Below, piece after piece: positions 1 to 8,412 of a stretch of 32,000 bases of DNA (within the stretch, counting starts at the first letter, position 1; each line of letters begins with the position of its first letter). Position numbers and translations under genes: made by a program. The stretch covers positions 720,001-752,000 of the forward strand of contig OW818675.1 in assembly GCA_942493095.1 (NCBI GenBank), in the 5' to 3' direction. The notes under the pieces are model-generated. The model saw only the letters and a program-made list of their open reading frames with translations. It did no database searches and was not told the origin of the DNA. Source of the stretch: Candidatus Electronema halotolerans. GTDB lineage: Bacteria; Desulfobacterota; Desulfobulbia; Desulfobulbales; Desulfobulbaceae.

Positions 1-139
1 TGCTGATCAGCTTGAAAAAAATACTATAACCGCCGTTGCCGACAAAGACAATGCCGCATGCACCGGCCTTGCCGACTCTGACATCAACAGCGCATGTCGG
101 CTTTCTGCCGCCAGCGGCGCGGCAGGGGAAGAGCCGCAG

Positions 140-1297
140 ATGACCATGAAGCAGGTGATGATTGTTGACGATGAGCCGGAGCTGCTTCTCAGCATCCGTT
201 CCGGCTTTGAAAACAATCAGTGTTTTCAGGTTGTCACCGCAGAGAACGGCAGGGATGCCCTTGACATTCTCGAACGCGGCTCAGTTGATCTGGCTGTCAT
301 TGATCTGCGGATGCCGGTCATGGACGGCATTGAGCTGCTCTCGATCATGAACGAGTCCTTCCCTGAGGTGCCGCATCTTGTCATGACCGCCTTTGGCACG
401 CCGATGATCGAAAAGCAGCTCAAAAAGGCGGGCGCGCTCAATGTGCTGGAAAAGCCTTTTGATATTGATGTGCTCGAAGAGGCGATCTGCAAGGCATTGG
501 CTGAGAATAAGGAGCGGAGCAGCAGCCTGTCCGGCCTCTCGCTCGCCAGCCTGCTCCAGCTTGTGGCGATGGAGCAGAAAACCCTGCACATCAAGGTCTT
601 TCATCCGGCAGGCAAGAACGGCAGCCTTTTTTTCCGCGAAGGCACGCTGATTGATGCGGAACAGGACGAGCTGGGCGGCGATGAGGCGGTGTTGGAGATG
701 CTGCGCTGGGACAAGGTCAGGGTGGGGATGAAGGAATTTTCCGATCCTCCCTCCTCCTCAAGAATGCAGTCGCAGCTCATGGCGCTGCTCTTCACGGCGG
801 CCCAGCGCGAGGACGACTGCTGCGGGGAGGACAGCTGCGAATGCTCTTTGGAGGCGGCCAAGCAGGAGCTGGCGCGGATCACAGAACAACAACATCAACC
901 AAGGTCTCGGAACAGCGGAGGAGGAATCATGGGCATTAAGGAAGTGCTGAAGAAAATGGCGGATGAACTGGACGGGGTGCTGGCGATTCAGGTGACTGGC
1001 ATGGACGGCATCAACCTTGCCCTGCACAATCCCACTGGCACGGATGTGGAGGCGTTTTCAGCCAAGTTTGCCATGGTGCTCAAGCTGGTGGAGAAATCCG
1101 TGGATTCGCTCAAAGGCATGGGCGAGCTGGAGGAGAATCTGGTCCAGACCAAGAATGCCTGGATTCTGAGCCGTTTCATCACGCCGCAGTATTATATCGG
1201 CATTGCGGTCAGCCGGGAAAGCACCCTCGGCAATGTGCGGCTGGTCGGTCAGCGATACATTGCCCAGCTCCGCAAGCTGCTGGCCGCGCCGGAGTGA
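140..1297 (+). CDS. Response regulator: N-terminal receiver (CheY-like) domain, DUF4388-like middle region, C-terminal roadblock/LC7-like domain
   Basis: MIVDDEPELLLSIRSGF...LAVIDLRMPVMDGIELL...VMTAFGTP...LEKPFD is a canonical receiver domain. MEQKTLHIKVFHPAGKNGSLFFREGTLIDAE resembles DUF4388. The C-terminus EVLKKMADELDGVLAIQVTGMDGINLA is roadblock-like. The frame is open back to base 2, so the true start may lie outside the window. Confidence 0.85.
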   Translation: MTMKQVMIVDDEPELLLSIRSGFENNQCFQVVTAENGRDALDILERGSVDLAVIDLRMPVMDGIELLSIMNESFPEVPHLVMTAFGTPMIEKQLKKAGALNVLEKPFDIDVLEEAICKALAENKERSSSLSGLSLASLLQLVAMEQKTLHIKVFHPAGKNGSLFFREGTLIDAEQDELGGDEAVLEMLRWDKVRVGMKEFSDPPSSSRMQSQLMALLFTAAQREDDCCGEDSCECSLEAAKQELARITEQQHQPRSRNSGGGIMGIKEVLKKMADELDGVLAIQVTGMDGINLALHNPTGTDVEAFSAKFAMVLKLVEKSVDSLKGMGELEENLVQTKNAWILSRFITPQYYIGIAVSRESTLGNVRLVGQRYIAQLRKLLAAPE

Positions 1298-1324
1298 GGC
1301 TGAACGGCACCCTCAGCCGATTGT

Positions 1325-2575
1325 TCAGCAGCCAGTTTCCGCACCACATCCTGTGCAGCACCTCTTGCTGCCGCAATGCACCAGATATTCCTGCACGGCG
1401 GCAGCACTCATGAGTGAAGCAGGCAAAGCCGCACATAAGACCGCAGCATCCTTGCCCTCCTCCAAGCTGCCGAGCTGCCGCTCCAAACCAAGAGCCATTG
1501 CCCCGCCCAGCGTCGCCATCCGCACAATGTCTGCCGGATCAACGCTGGGATGCGCTTCAGCCAGCAGGCGCATTTCCCGCCAGAGGGACAGCTCCGGGTT
1601 GCTGGTCAGGCTGTCTGTGCCGAGCGCGGGCAGCATTCCCTGCCGCAGCAGGCGGCCCGCCGGAGCCATGCCCAAGCCCAGATACGCATTGCTGCCCGGA
1701 CAGAGGCAGACTTTGGCCTCAGCCGCTGCCAGCAGAGCAATTTCCTCCTCAGTCAGATGCAGACAGTGGACACAGAGCGTCCTGCTGTCCAAGAGGCCGT
1801 GCTGATGCAGATAGGTCACGGCCCCGCCTTCTCTGCCCAAGGGCTGGAAGGTGCCGTCCCACACCCCGTGCTCTTCAAGAAAGACCCGCATCTCACCGCT
1901 GCCAGTGCGCAGCAGCTCGATCTCTGCGGCTGATTCAGCGGTATGAATCGGAAAGACATGGCCGAGCCGGGCAGCCCGCGCTTTCAGGCTGCGCAGCAGG
2001 GCAGGGTGGGTGGAATAGGGCGCATGGCCGGTGCAGGGCTGCTCCTCAGCCTCGTCCCGCAGCCGCAGCAGGGCCTCGGTTGCCCTGTCCTCCCGCAGAC
2101 CAAGATATTCCTTGAAACAGAGCAGTCTGCCGCTGAAACTCTCAGCCAAGCTGCTCGGCAGACCAGTGTTGCTTATATCCCCAATCGCGGCAACACCGTG
2201 GGCCTGCTGCTCGGCCAAGACGTGCCGGGCAGCAGCTTTAATCGTGGCATCATCTGCCGCCGCCTTGCTCCGTTCATTCAGCAGCCGGGCAATCCAGCCG
2301 GTGAAGGTCGGTGGTGCAGGCTGCTGCGAGAGCTGGCTGAGATGCGACAGCTCAAGGTGGCTGTGGGCGTTGATCAGGCCGGGCAGGAGCGCCGCATCAG
2401 GATGATCAAGCACCTGTGCGCCGGGCCAGCTCCGTCTGATTTCGCTGAAGCTGCCGACCGCCGCTATTCGTCCTGCCTGCACTGCCAGGCCGCCATCGGC
2501 AATGGCCGGGCGGCTGATGGGCAGCAGCCACGGAGCGCGATGGATGATCACAGCGGCTGCACCCCCTGCCTGCAT
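1325..2575 (-). CDS. Amidohydrolase family protein (metal-dependent deaminase/chlorohydrolase type), candidate aminofutalosine deaminase
   Basis: LLPGLINAHSHLELSHL, HAPYSTHP, FPIHTAESAAEIELLRTG, LCPGSNAYLGLG, ALGTDSLTSNPELSLWREM are amidohydrolase motifs. It shares strand and neighbourhood with mqnC. Confidence 0.8.
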   Translation of the reverse strand: MQAGGAAAVIIHRAPWLLPISRPAIADGGLAVQAGRIAAVGSFSEIRRSWPGAQVLDHPDAALLPGLINAHSHLELSHLSQLSQQPAPPTFTGWIARLLNERSKAAADDATIKAAARHVLAEQQAHGVAAIGDISNTGLPSSLAESFSGRLLCFKEYLGLREDRATEALLRLRDEAEEQPCTGHAPYSTHPALLRSLKARAARLGHVFPIHTAESAAEIELLRTGSGEMRVFLEEHGVWDGTFQPLGREGGAVTYLHQHGLLDSRTLCVHCLHLTEEEIALLAAAEAKVCLCPGSNAYLGLGMAPAGRLLRQGMLPALGTDSLTSNPELSLWREMRLLAEAHPSVDPADIVRMATLGGAMALGLERQLGSLEEGKDAAVLCAALPASLMSAAAVQEYLVHCGSKRCCTGCGAETGC

Positions 2576-3029
2576 TTTATGTCCGCACCTTCAGATTGAA
2601 GGGCGCAAAGATGATGACAGCAGACGCGCAAATGGCAATCTCTTTAAGAGACATCACCGCTTACGTTTAGATGAATAGCCATGCCGGACTTCTGGGTTAG
2701 TATTGATGTATGTGTTCAGTCCATCACCAGAATCAGCCAGTTTCCTCATTTCGCTCAAGTGTGCCGAGCCAATTCCTGATGACCGATATTCATATATCAT
2801 AGGCGGAAATTCCTAAATTTCCATTTACGTCTCTGTATGTCTTCATAGTATTTATCAAACAAGAGGTTGATCTTTTTCTGCCATCCAATGCAGATAGCAA
2901 TGCAACTCAGGGAGTTGCAAAGAAATTCCCAATAACTCCATCTGTGGGTTCTACAAGGTTAATTCATCAGCCAAGATACGAGCCTGCGTTGCCTCTGTCA
3001 ACAGGGAATGTTGCCGGGAGGAAGGCGGT

Positions 3030-3683
3030 TCACTGCGCAGCAGATGCCGCTGCCTTGCAGAGCGGAGCATTGTCCTCTTGCTGCCTGTAGAAAAGCATGT
3101 CCCGCAGCCAATCCATGAGTTCATGTGCGGCCCTGAGCACCTTCCAGCCGAAGAGCGCGGCAGGAGGATTTGCTCCGGCAGCTCTGCTTTTTGCGCAAAG
3201 ACTTGCACTCTGGCGGCAGGCATACCGCTTTGCCCGGCGGGCATGGAGACTGTCAGAGACAAGGAAGACGCGCTCCGCTGTTTCGAGCCAGGCAGCTGAA
3301 CAGCCAAGGTTTTCCCACGTTGTGCGCGCATTCGGCTCCACGGCAATGGCACTCTCCTGCACACCAAGGCTGCGCGCATAGGCTGCCATCGTCTGCCCCT
3401 CAACATAGCTGTTCTGCGCTGGGCCGCCGGAGAAGATGATCTGTCGGCATTGCTGCTGCCGATAGACTGCAAGCCCGGCCTCCACCCGGAACCGCTGCAT
3501 TGGATGCAGGCTTCCGTCTGCCTCAGTCGGCCAGCCAAGCACCAGCACAACGCAGTCTTTGCCATCCGCAGCCTTGCTTGCCTCCATGCTCAGAAGCCTG
3601 TAGGCCGTCTCGGTCAGCAGACTGATAATGACAAGTGCTGCTGCTGTCCAAAGGGATATTTTCTTCAGCATCTTCCGCCGCAC
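3030..3683 (-). CDS. YdcF/ElyC/SanA-like (DUF218) membrane-anchored protein
   Basis: N-terminal membrane helix, then CVVLVLGWPTEADGSLHPMQRFRVEAGLAVYRQQQCRQIIFSGGPAQNSYVEGQTMAAYARSLGVQESAIAVEPNARTTWENL, a typical DUF218 pattern. It abuts mqnC directly. Confidence 0.75.
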   Translation of the reverse strand: MRRKMLKKISLWTAAALVIISLLTETAYRLLSMEASKAADGKDCVVLVLGWPTEADGSLHPMQRFRVEAGLAVYRQQQCRQIIFSGGPAQNSYVEGQTMAAYARSLGVQESAIAVEPNARTTWENLGCSAAWLETAERVFLVSDSLHARRAKRYACRQSASLCAKSRAAGANPPAALFGWKVLRAAHELMDWLRDMLFYRQQEDNAPLCKAAASAAQ

Positions 3684-4742
3684 TCATGCCTGCTTGGCCG
3701 GACTGTAGTCCATCAGCCGCTGTTCCGGCAGGAAGCCCGCATCTGTGATCAGCCGCCTTATCTCCTGCTCGGAGAGGCGGAAATGGACTCCGGCGGCAGC
3801 AACCACGTTCTCTTCAATCATGGTGGAGCCGAAGTCATTGGCCCCGAAGAAAAGCGATACTTGCGCTATCTTTGGCCCCTGCGTCACCCACGAGGCCTGA
3901 ATGTTGGCGAAGTTGTCCAAGTAAATGCGGCTCAAAGCCAGCATTCGCAGATAGGCAAAGCCGGAGGTCTTCTCGACATCCGCCAGCACTGTGTTGTCCG
4001 GCTGAAAGGGCCACGGGATGAAGGCGGTGAAGCCGCCAGTCCGGTCTTGCAGGGAGCGCAGCCGCTCCAGATGCTCCAGCCGCTCCTCCCACGTTTCAAT
4101 ATGGCCGAACATCATGGTGGCCGTGGTGCGCATTCCCTGTATATGCGCCTCCTCCATCACCGCCAGCCACTGATCTGCCGAGCACTTGCGCGGCGCAAGC
4201 TGCTGCCGCACCCGGTCAGAGAGTATCTCTGCACCGCCGCCGGGAATGGAGTCCAGCCCGGCAGCCCGCAGCCGCTCCAGCACTTCCTTGATGGACAGAC
4301 CGGAAAGCTGGCTGAAGTGGCAGATTTCCGGCGGCGAAAAGCCGTGAATGTGAATGCCCGTGCTCTTCATCGCCCGGAGCATGTCCTCGTAGAAGTCCAG
4401 CGGTAAGTCAGGATGCAGGCCGCCTTGAAGGAGGATTTGTGTGCCGCCCAGTTCCTGCGTTTCACGGATTTTCTCCAAAAGCTGCTCATGACTGAGGACG
4501 CTGCCCTGCGGGTCGTCCGGTGCCCTGAAAAAGGCGCAGAACTTGCAGGCGGAAATGCAGATGTCAGTGTAGTTGATGTTGCGGTCAATGACAAAGGTGA
4601 CTTTGCGCTCCGGGTGGAGCCGCTTCCGCACTGCGTCGGCAAGAAAGCCGAGCTGATAAAGGTCGGCCTCGGCAGCCAGCTTGAGAAAATCAGCACCGCC
4701 CAGACGTTGTCCGGCAAGAATTTGGTCGGTTATGTTCTGCAT
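3684..4742 (-). CDS. mqnC: Cyclic dehypoxanthinyl futalosine synthase (radical SAM, menaquinone biosynthesis)
   Basis: Radical SAM CxxxCxxC motif in CISACKFCAFFRAP; LQGGLHPDLPLDFYEDMLRAMK; DSIPGGGAEILSDRVR; NIQASWVTQGPKIAQVSLFFGANDFGSTMIEENVVAAAG. Confidence 0.93.
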   Translation of the reverse strand: MQNITDQILAGQRLGGADFLKLAAEADLYQLGFLADAVRKRLHPERKVTFVIDRNINYTDICISACKFCAFFRAPDDPQGSVLSHEQLLEKIRETQELGGTQILLQGGLHPDLPLDFYEDMLRAMKSTGIHIHGFSPPEICHFSQLSGLSIKEVLERLRAAGLDSIPGGGAEILSDRVRQQLAPRKCSADQWLAVMEEAHIQGMRTTATMMFGHIETWEERLEHLERLRSLQDRTGGFTAFIPWPFQPDNTVLADVEKTSGFAYLRMLALSRIYLDNFANIQASWVTQGPKIAQVSLFFGANDFGSTMIEENVVAAAGVHFRLSEQEIRRLITDAGFLPEQRLMDYSPAKQA

Positions 4743-4762
4743 GGCAATTGTTTTCTCTTCAT

Positions 4763-5779
4763 CTACGGCAGCTTTTTTCGGGAAAGGAACAGCTCCGCTG
4801 CCAACAGGAGCAGGGCTGCCAGCACTGGCAGGGCGAACAGCTCCCGGTAGCGGGAAAAGTTCCTGATCTTCCTGACCGTCTTTTCCATCATGTTTATCTC
4901 AGAATAAATCTTCTCCAGCGAGTTGGTGTCAGTGGCCCGGAAATACTTGGCTCCGGTCTGGGCGGCAACCTTGCGCAGAGTTTCCTCGTCAATATCCACC
5001 TCAGCCTGAATAATCCGCTGGCGGCCAAACTGATCCTCCACCGGCATCGGGGCCACGCCGCGCCGTCCCACGCCAATCGTATAGACCTTGATCTGCATCA
5101 CTGCCGCCGCCTCTGCCGCAGTGAGCGGCGCAGCCTTGCCCGCATTGTTCACCCCGTCAGTGAGCAGGATGAGAATGCGCGACTTGGCCTGCTGATCGCG
5201 CAGCCGGTTGACCCCGGCGGCAATGGCTGAACCAATGGCAGTGCCGTCCTCAATCATGCCTGTATGGAGAGAATTCAGCCGCTGCCGGAGCCAGTCATGA
5301 TCCAAAGTCAGGGGACAGACCATGTATGGCCTGCCGGCAAAGGCGATCAGGCCGATGCGGTCATTGGGCCGCTGCCGGATGAAATCCGCCACCACGGACT
5401 TGACCACGTCCAGCCGGTTGACCCGCTTGCCTTTGAGGGTGAAATCCAAGGCCTGCATGGAGCCGGAAACATCGACTGCCAGCAGAATGTCAATGCCGGA
5501 AGCCTCGATCTCAGTGCGGGTGTGCCCCCATTGAGGCCGGGCCAGGCCGATGATCAGCAGGCCGAGCGCAGCCAAGCGCAGCCATGCCGCCATGCCGCCC
5601 GCTTTGGTCATTCGGCCTCCAGCAATGACCTTAATCGCTGAGATCGAGGAAAAGATCAGGGCCGGAGCAGCACCTTTGCGGCTGCGCAGCAGGGCCAGCA
5701 GCGGCAGCAGAATCAGCAGCCAGAGTAGCTGCGGATCAGCGAAGCGGAAGCTGTCCATGCCCGTCCCTCTGCTGTGCAA
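4763..5779 (-). CDS. VWA domain-containing membrane protein (BatA-like)
   Basis: DILLAVDVSGSMQALDF (MIDAS DxSxS), RIGLIAFAGRPYMVCPLTLDHD, ILLTDGVNNAG, plus N- and C-terminal transmembrane segments. Clustered with DUF58 and MoxR genes. Confidence 0.9.
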   Translation of the reverse strand: MHSRGTGMDSFRFADPQLLWLLILLPLLALLRSRKGAAPALIFSSISAIKVIAGGRMTKAGGMAAWLRLAALGLLIIGLARPQWGHTRTEIEASGIDILLAVDVSGSMQALDFTLKGKRVNRLDVVKSVVADFIRQRPNDRIGLIAFAGRPYMVCPLTLDHDWLRQRLNSLHTGMIEDGTAIGSAIAAGVNRLRDQQAKSRILILLTDGVNNAGKAAPLTAAEAAAVMQIKVYTIGVGRRGVAPMPVEDQFGRQRIIQAEVDIDEETLRKVAAQTGAKYFRATDTNSLEKIYSEINMMEKTVRKIRNFSRYRELFALPVLAALLLLAAELFLSRKKLP

Positions 5780-5823
5780 GCAGTTTGGTTGCCTTGATAA
5801 AACTGCGCAGCTGCGTGATCATT

Positions 5824-6396
5824 TCAGTCATCTCCTCTTGGCTCAGAGCCAGCCCCGGCAAATTTGCCCGCCTCGCAGCTGCGCAGCCAGTGTTCCAAGT
5901 CGTTGCGGTATGATTCCAGCGCATCCGGCAGTTCTCCATTTTCTTTGTCAATGCGTCTGATCAGCTCGCTCGCGGTCTGGCGGAGCGCAGCCAGCCCCAG
6001 CCCTGTTTCAAGATAGCGGCGCAAGGTCTGATCAAAAAAGGCGGCAAAGGCAGTGCAGTCACCTGCGGCAATGAGCTGCTCCGCTTGGGCAAGGGCGCGT
6101 TCAGCCTCCTCAGCCGGTGACAGGGCTGCCTGTGGCGCGGGCTGTTTTTTCCGGCTCAAAATAATCAGCAAGACAATGACTGCTGCAAGAGCCGCAGCCA
6201 GCGCAGGCCGCAGCCAGACTGATTCGCGAATCTGTTCTGCCAATGGCATTGGCGGGGCAATGGGCGGTTCAAGGTCGTCTATCGGCACCCCGCCGGAAAC
6301 TGCTTGAGCTGGCGGCGCTGCAATGTTTTTCGCCGCCCGCAGCGGCGCAGGCAGAGCGGCTATGAACAGAAACAGGAAAATGACTTGGCGGCTCAT
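5824..6396 (-). CDS. Small membrane protein of a MoxR/VWA cluster (DUF4381-like)
   Basis: Signal peptide, Pro-rich periplasmic stretch, single TM (ALAAALAAVIVLLIILSRKK), cytoplasmic helical tail. Start overlaps the DUF58 stop by 4 nt and it is followed by the VWA gene. Confidence 0.65.
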   Translation of the reverse strand: MSRQVIFLFLFIAALPAPLRAAKNIAAPPAQAVSGGVPIDDLEPPIAPPMPLAEQIRESVWLRPALAAALAAVIVLLIILSRKKQPAPQAALSPAEEAERALAQAEQLIAAGDCTAFAAFFDQTLRRYLETGLGLAALRQTASELIRRIDKENGELPDALESYRNDLEHWLRSCEAGKFAGAGSEPRGDD

Positions 6397-7307
6397 CGGG
6401 CCATCCTCTGGCTGCGGCTGCGAAAAAAATCCATCAAGGCGGCAAGATAGGGTTTGTCTGTGGACAGCTCCAGCAGGTCGATGCCAAGACCGCGCACAGT
6501 GCGGGCAAAACGCCCCCGCTGGTCACGGGTCAGATTGGTGTAGGCCTGCCGTGTCCACGCATCAGCGGTGTTGAGGAGAATCTGCTCGCCGCTTTCCGCA
6601 TCTTCCAAGGTGATCCAGCCTGCCTGCGGCAGCTCCAGCTCACGCGGGTCAATGACCGAGACTGCAATCAGATCATGGCGGCGGCCTGTGACTTGCAGCT
6701 TGGGCCGCAGCTTTTGCAGGGAATCATCAAAATCGCCGGGCAGGCAGAAATCAGAGATCAGAAAGGTGACACAGCGGCGTTTGGTCACTTGGCGGAAAAA
6801 ATCAAGCGCGCCGATGATGTTGGTGCCTCTGCCCTGCGGCTGAAAAAAGAGCGTCTCCCGAATCACCCGGAGAATATGGCTGCGGCCCTTGTTCGGGCTG
6901 ATGAACAGCTCGGTGAAATCAGAAAAGAGCAGCAGGCCGACCTTGTCGTTGTTGCGCACAGCGGAAAAGGCGAGTGCTGCGGCCAGCTCGGCCATCACCT
7001 CGCGCTTGGAGCGGCTGCCGGAACCAAAGCTGCCGGACGCGCTCAGGTCGATCACCAGCATGATGGTCAGCTCGCGCTCCTCAGTGAATTTCTTCACATG
7101 CGGCACGCCGGTGCGGGCGGTGACGTTCCAGTCAATGGCCCGGATGTCATCGCCGGGCACATACTCGCGCACCTCGTCAAAATTCATGCCCCGGCCTTTG
7201 AAGACCGAGTGATAGCTGCCTGCCAAGGTGTTGTCGGCCAGCCGCCGGGTGCGGACCTCAATCTGCCTGACCTTTTGCAGGATTTCCTTGATTGCCGCCT
7301 GTTCCAT
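6393..7307 (-). CDS. DUF58 domain-containing protein
   Basis: GRGMNFDEVREYVPGDDIRAIDWNVTARTGVPHVKKFTEERELTIMLVIDLSASGSFG is the DUF58 signature with a VWA-like segment. Confidence 0.92.
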   Translation of the reverse strand: MEQAAIKEILQKVRQIEVRTRRLADNTLAGSYHSVFKGRGMNFDEVREYVPGDDIRAIDWNVTARTGVPHVKKFTEERELTIMLVIDLSASGSFGSGSRSKREVMAELAAALAFSAVRNNDKVGLLLFSDFTELFISPNKGRSHILRVIRETLFFQPQGRGTNIIGALDFFRQVTKRRCVTFLISDFCLPGDFDDSLQKLRPKLQVTGRRHDLIAVSVIDPRELELPQAGWITLEDAESGEQILLNTADAWTRQAYTNLTRDQRGRFARTVRGLGIDLLELSTDKPYLAALMDFFRSRSQRMAR

Positions 7308-7310
7308 GAC

Positions 7311-8333
7311 TCAGGGCACCGGCACGGTTTCCAGCAGCCTGATGATGATGTCCTCGCTGCTGATGCCTTCCGCCTCCGCCTCGTAGCTGATCCGAATCCG
7401 GTGCCGCAGCACATCCGGGGCGCATTTTTTGATGTCGTCCGGGATCACATAGCCGCGCCCGCTGAGATAGGCCAAGGCGCGGGCCGCTGCCTTGAGATTG
7501 ATACTGGCTCTGGGCGAGGCCCCGATTTCCACATAATCACGCAGGGCCGCGCTGAGGCCGGACGGCTCGCGGGTGGCGCAGACCAGATCAACAATATAAT
7601 CCTTGATTCGGTCATCCACGTAAATCTTGTCCACCATCTTGCGGGCCGAGAGAATCTGCTCAGGCGAGAGCAGCGGCGGCATGGCTGCCTTGGCATCCGC
7701 ATGATCAACCAGATCAAGGATTTTTCGCTCCTCGGTCCGGCTGGGATACCCGACCTTGACCTTGAACATGAAGCGGTCAAGCTGGGCTTCCGGCAGCGGA
7801 TAAGTGCCTTCCTGCTCAATCGGGTTCTGGGTCGCCAAAACTAAAAACAGCTCTGGCAGGGCAAAGGTGGTTTCGCCGATGGTGACCTGCTTTTCCTGCA
7901 TGGCCTCCAGCAGGGCGGACTGGACCTTTGACGGAGCGCGGTTGATCTCGTCGGCCAGAATGATGGAGGCAAAAATCGGCCCCTGCTTGACCTCAAAGGA
8001 AGTGTCCTTGGGATTGTAGATTTCCGTGCCAATGATGTCGGCGGGCAGCATGTCCGGGGTGAACTGGATGCGGCGGAACTCAGCCGACACCGCAGCGGCC
8101 AAAGTTTTCACGGCCAAGGTCTTGGCCAGGCCGGGCAGGCCCTCCAAGAGAATATGGCCGCCTGCCAGCAGGCCGATCAGCAGGCGCTCGATCAATTTTT
8201 CCTGACCGACAATGGTTTTTGCCGCCTCGCGCCTGAGCAGCCCGGCCCACGCCGAGCTTTCCTGCACCGCCTGGCCGACCTCTGCCACGGAAAGCCGACG
8301 TTCCGTCGCGCTGCTGTCAAGGGTCTGATTCAT
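7311..8333 (-). CDS. MoxR family AAA ATPase
   Basis: Walker A-like LLAGGHILLEGLPGLAKTLAVKTLA, FRRIQFTPDMLPADIIGTEIY, Walker B IILADEINRAPSKVQSALLEAMQEKQVTIG, LVLATQNPIEQEGTYPLPEAQLDRFMFKV. Confidence 0.96.
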   Translation of the reverse strand: MNQTLDSSATERRLSVAEVGQAVQESSAWAGLLRREAAKTIVGQEKLIERLLIGLLAGGHILLEGLPGLAKTLAVKTLAAAVSAEFRRIQFTPDMLPADIIGTEIYNPKDTSFEVKQGPIFASIILADEINRAPSKVQSALLEAMQEKQVTIGETTFALPELFLVLATQNPIEQEGTYPLPEAQLDRFMFKVKVGYPSRTEERKILDLVDHADAKAAMPPLLSPEQILSARKMVDKIYVDDRIKDYIVDLVCATREPSGLSAALRDYVEIGASPRASINLKAAARALAYLSGRGYVIPDDIKKCAPDVLRHRIRISYEAEAEGISSEDIIIRLLETVPVP

Positions 8334-8412
8334 CGCTGTTCTCCTTCAAGCCTGCCTGAGCAATTGACATAAAGCACTTTTCGCCCTACACTGTTCGGGA
8401 ATCATATATACT

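Noticed and set aside
3450-4406. 318-aa plus-strand ORF
   Set aside because: Antisense shadow of the mqnC and YdcF-like genes.
6675-7844. 389-aa plus-strand ORF
   Set aside because: Antisense to DUF58 and MoxR genes with strong motifs on the minus strand.
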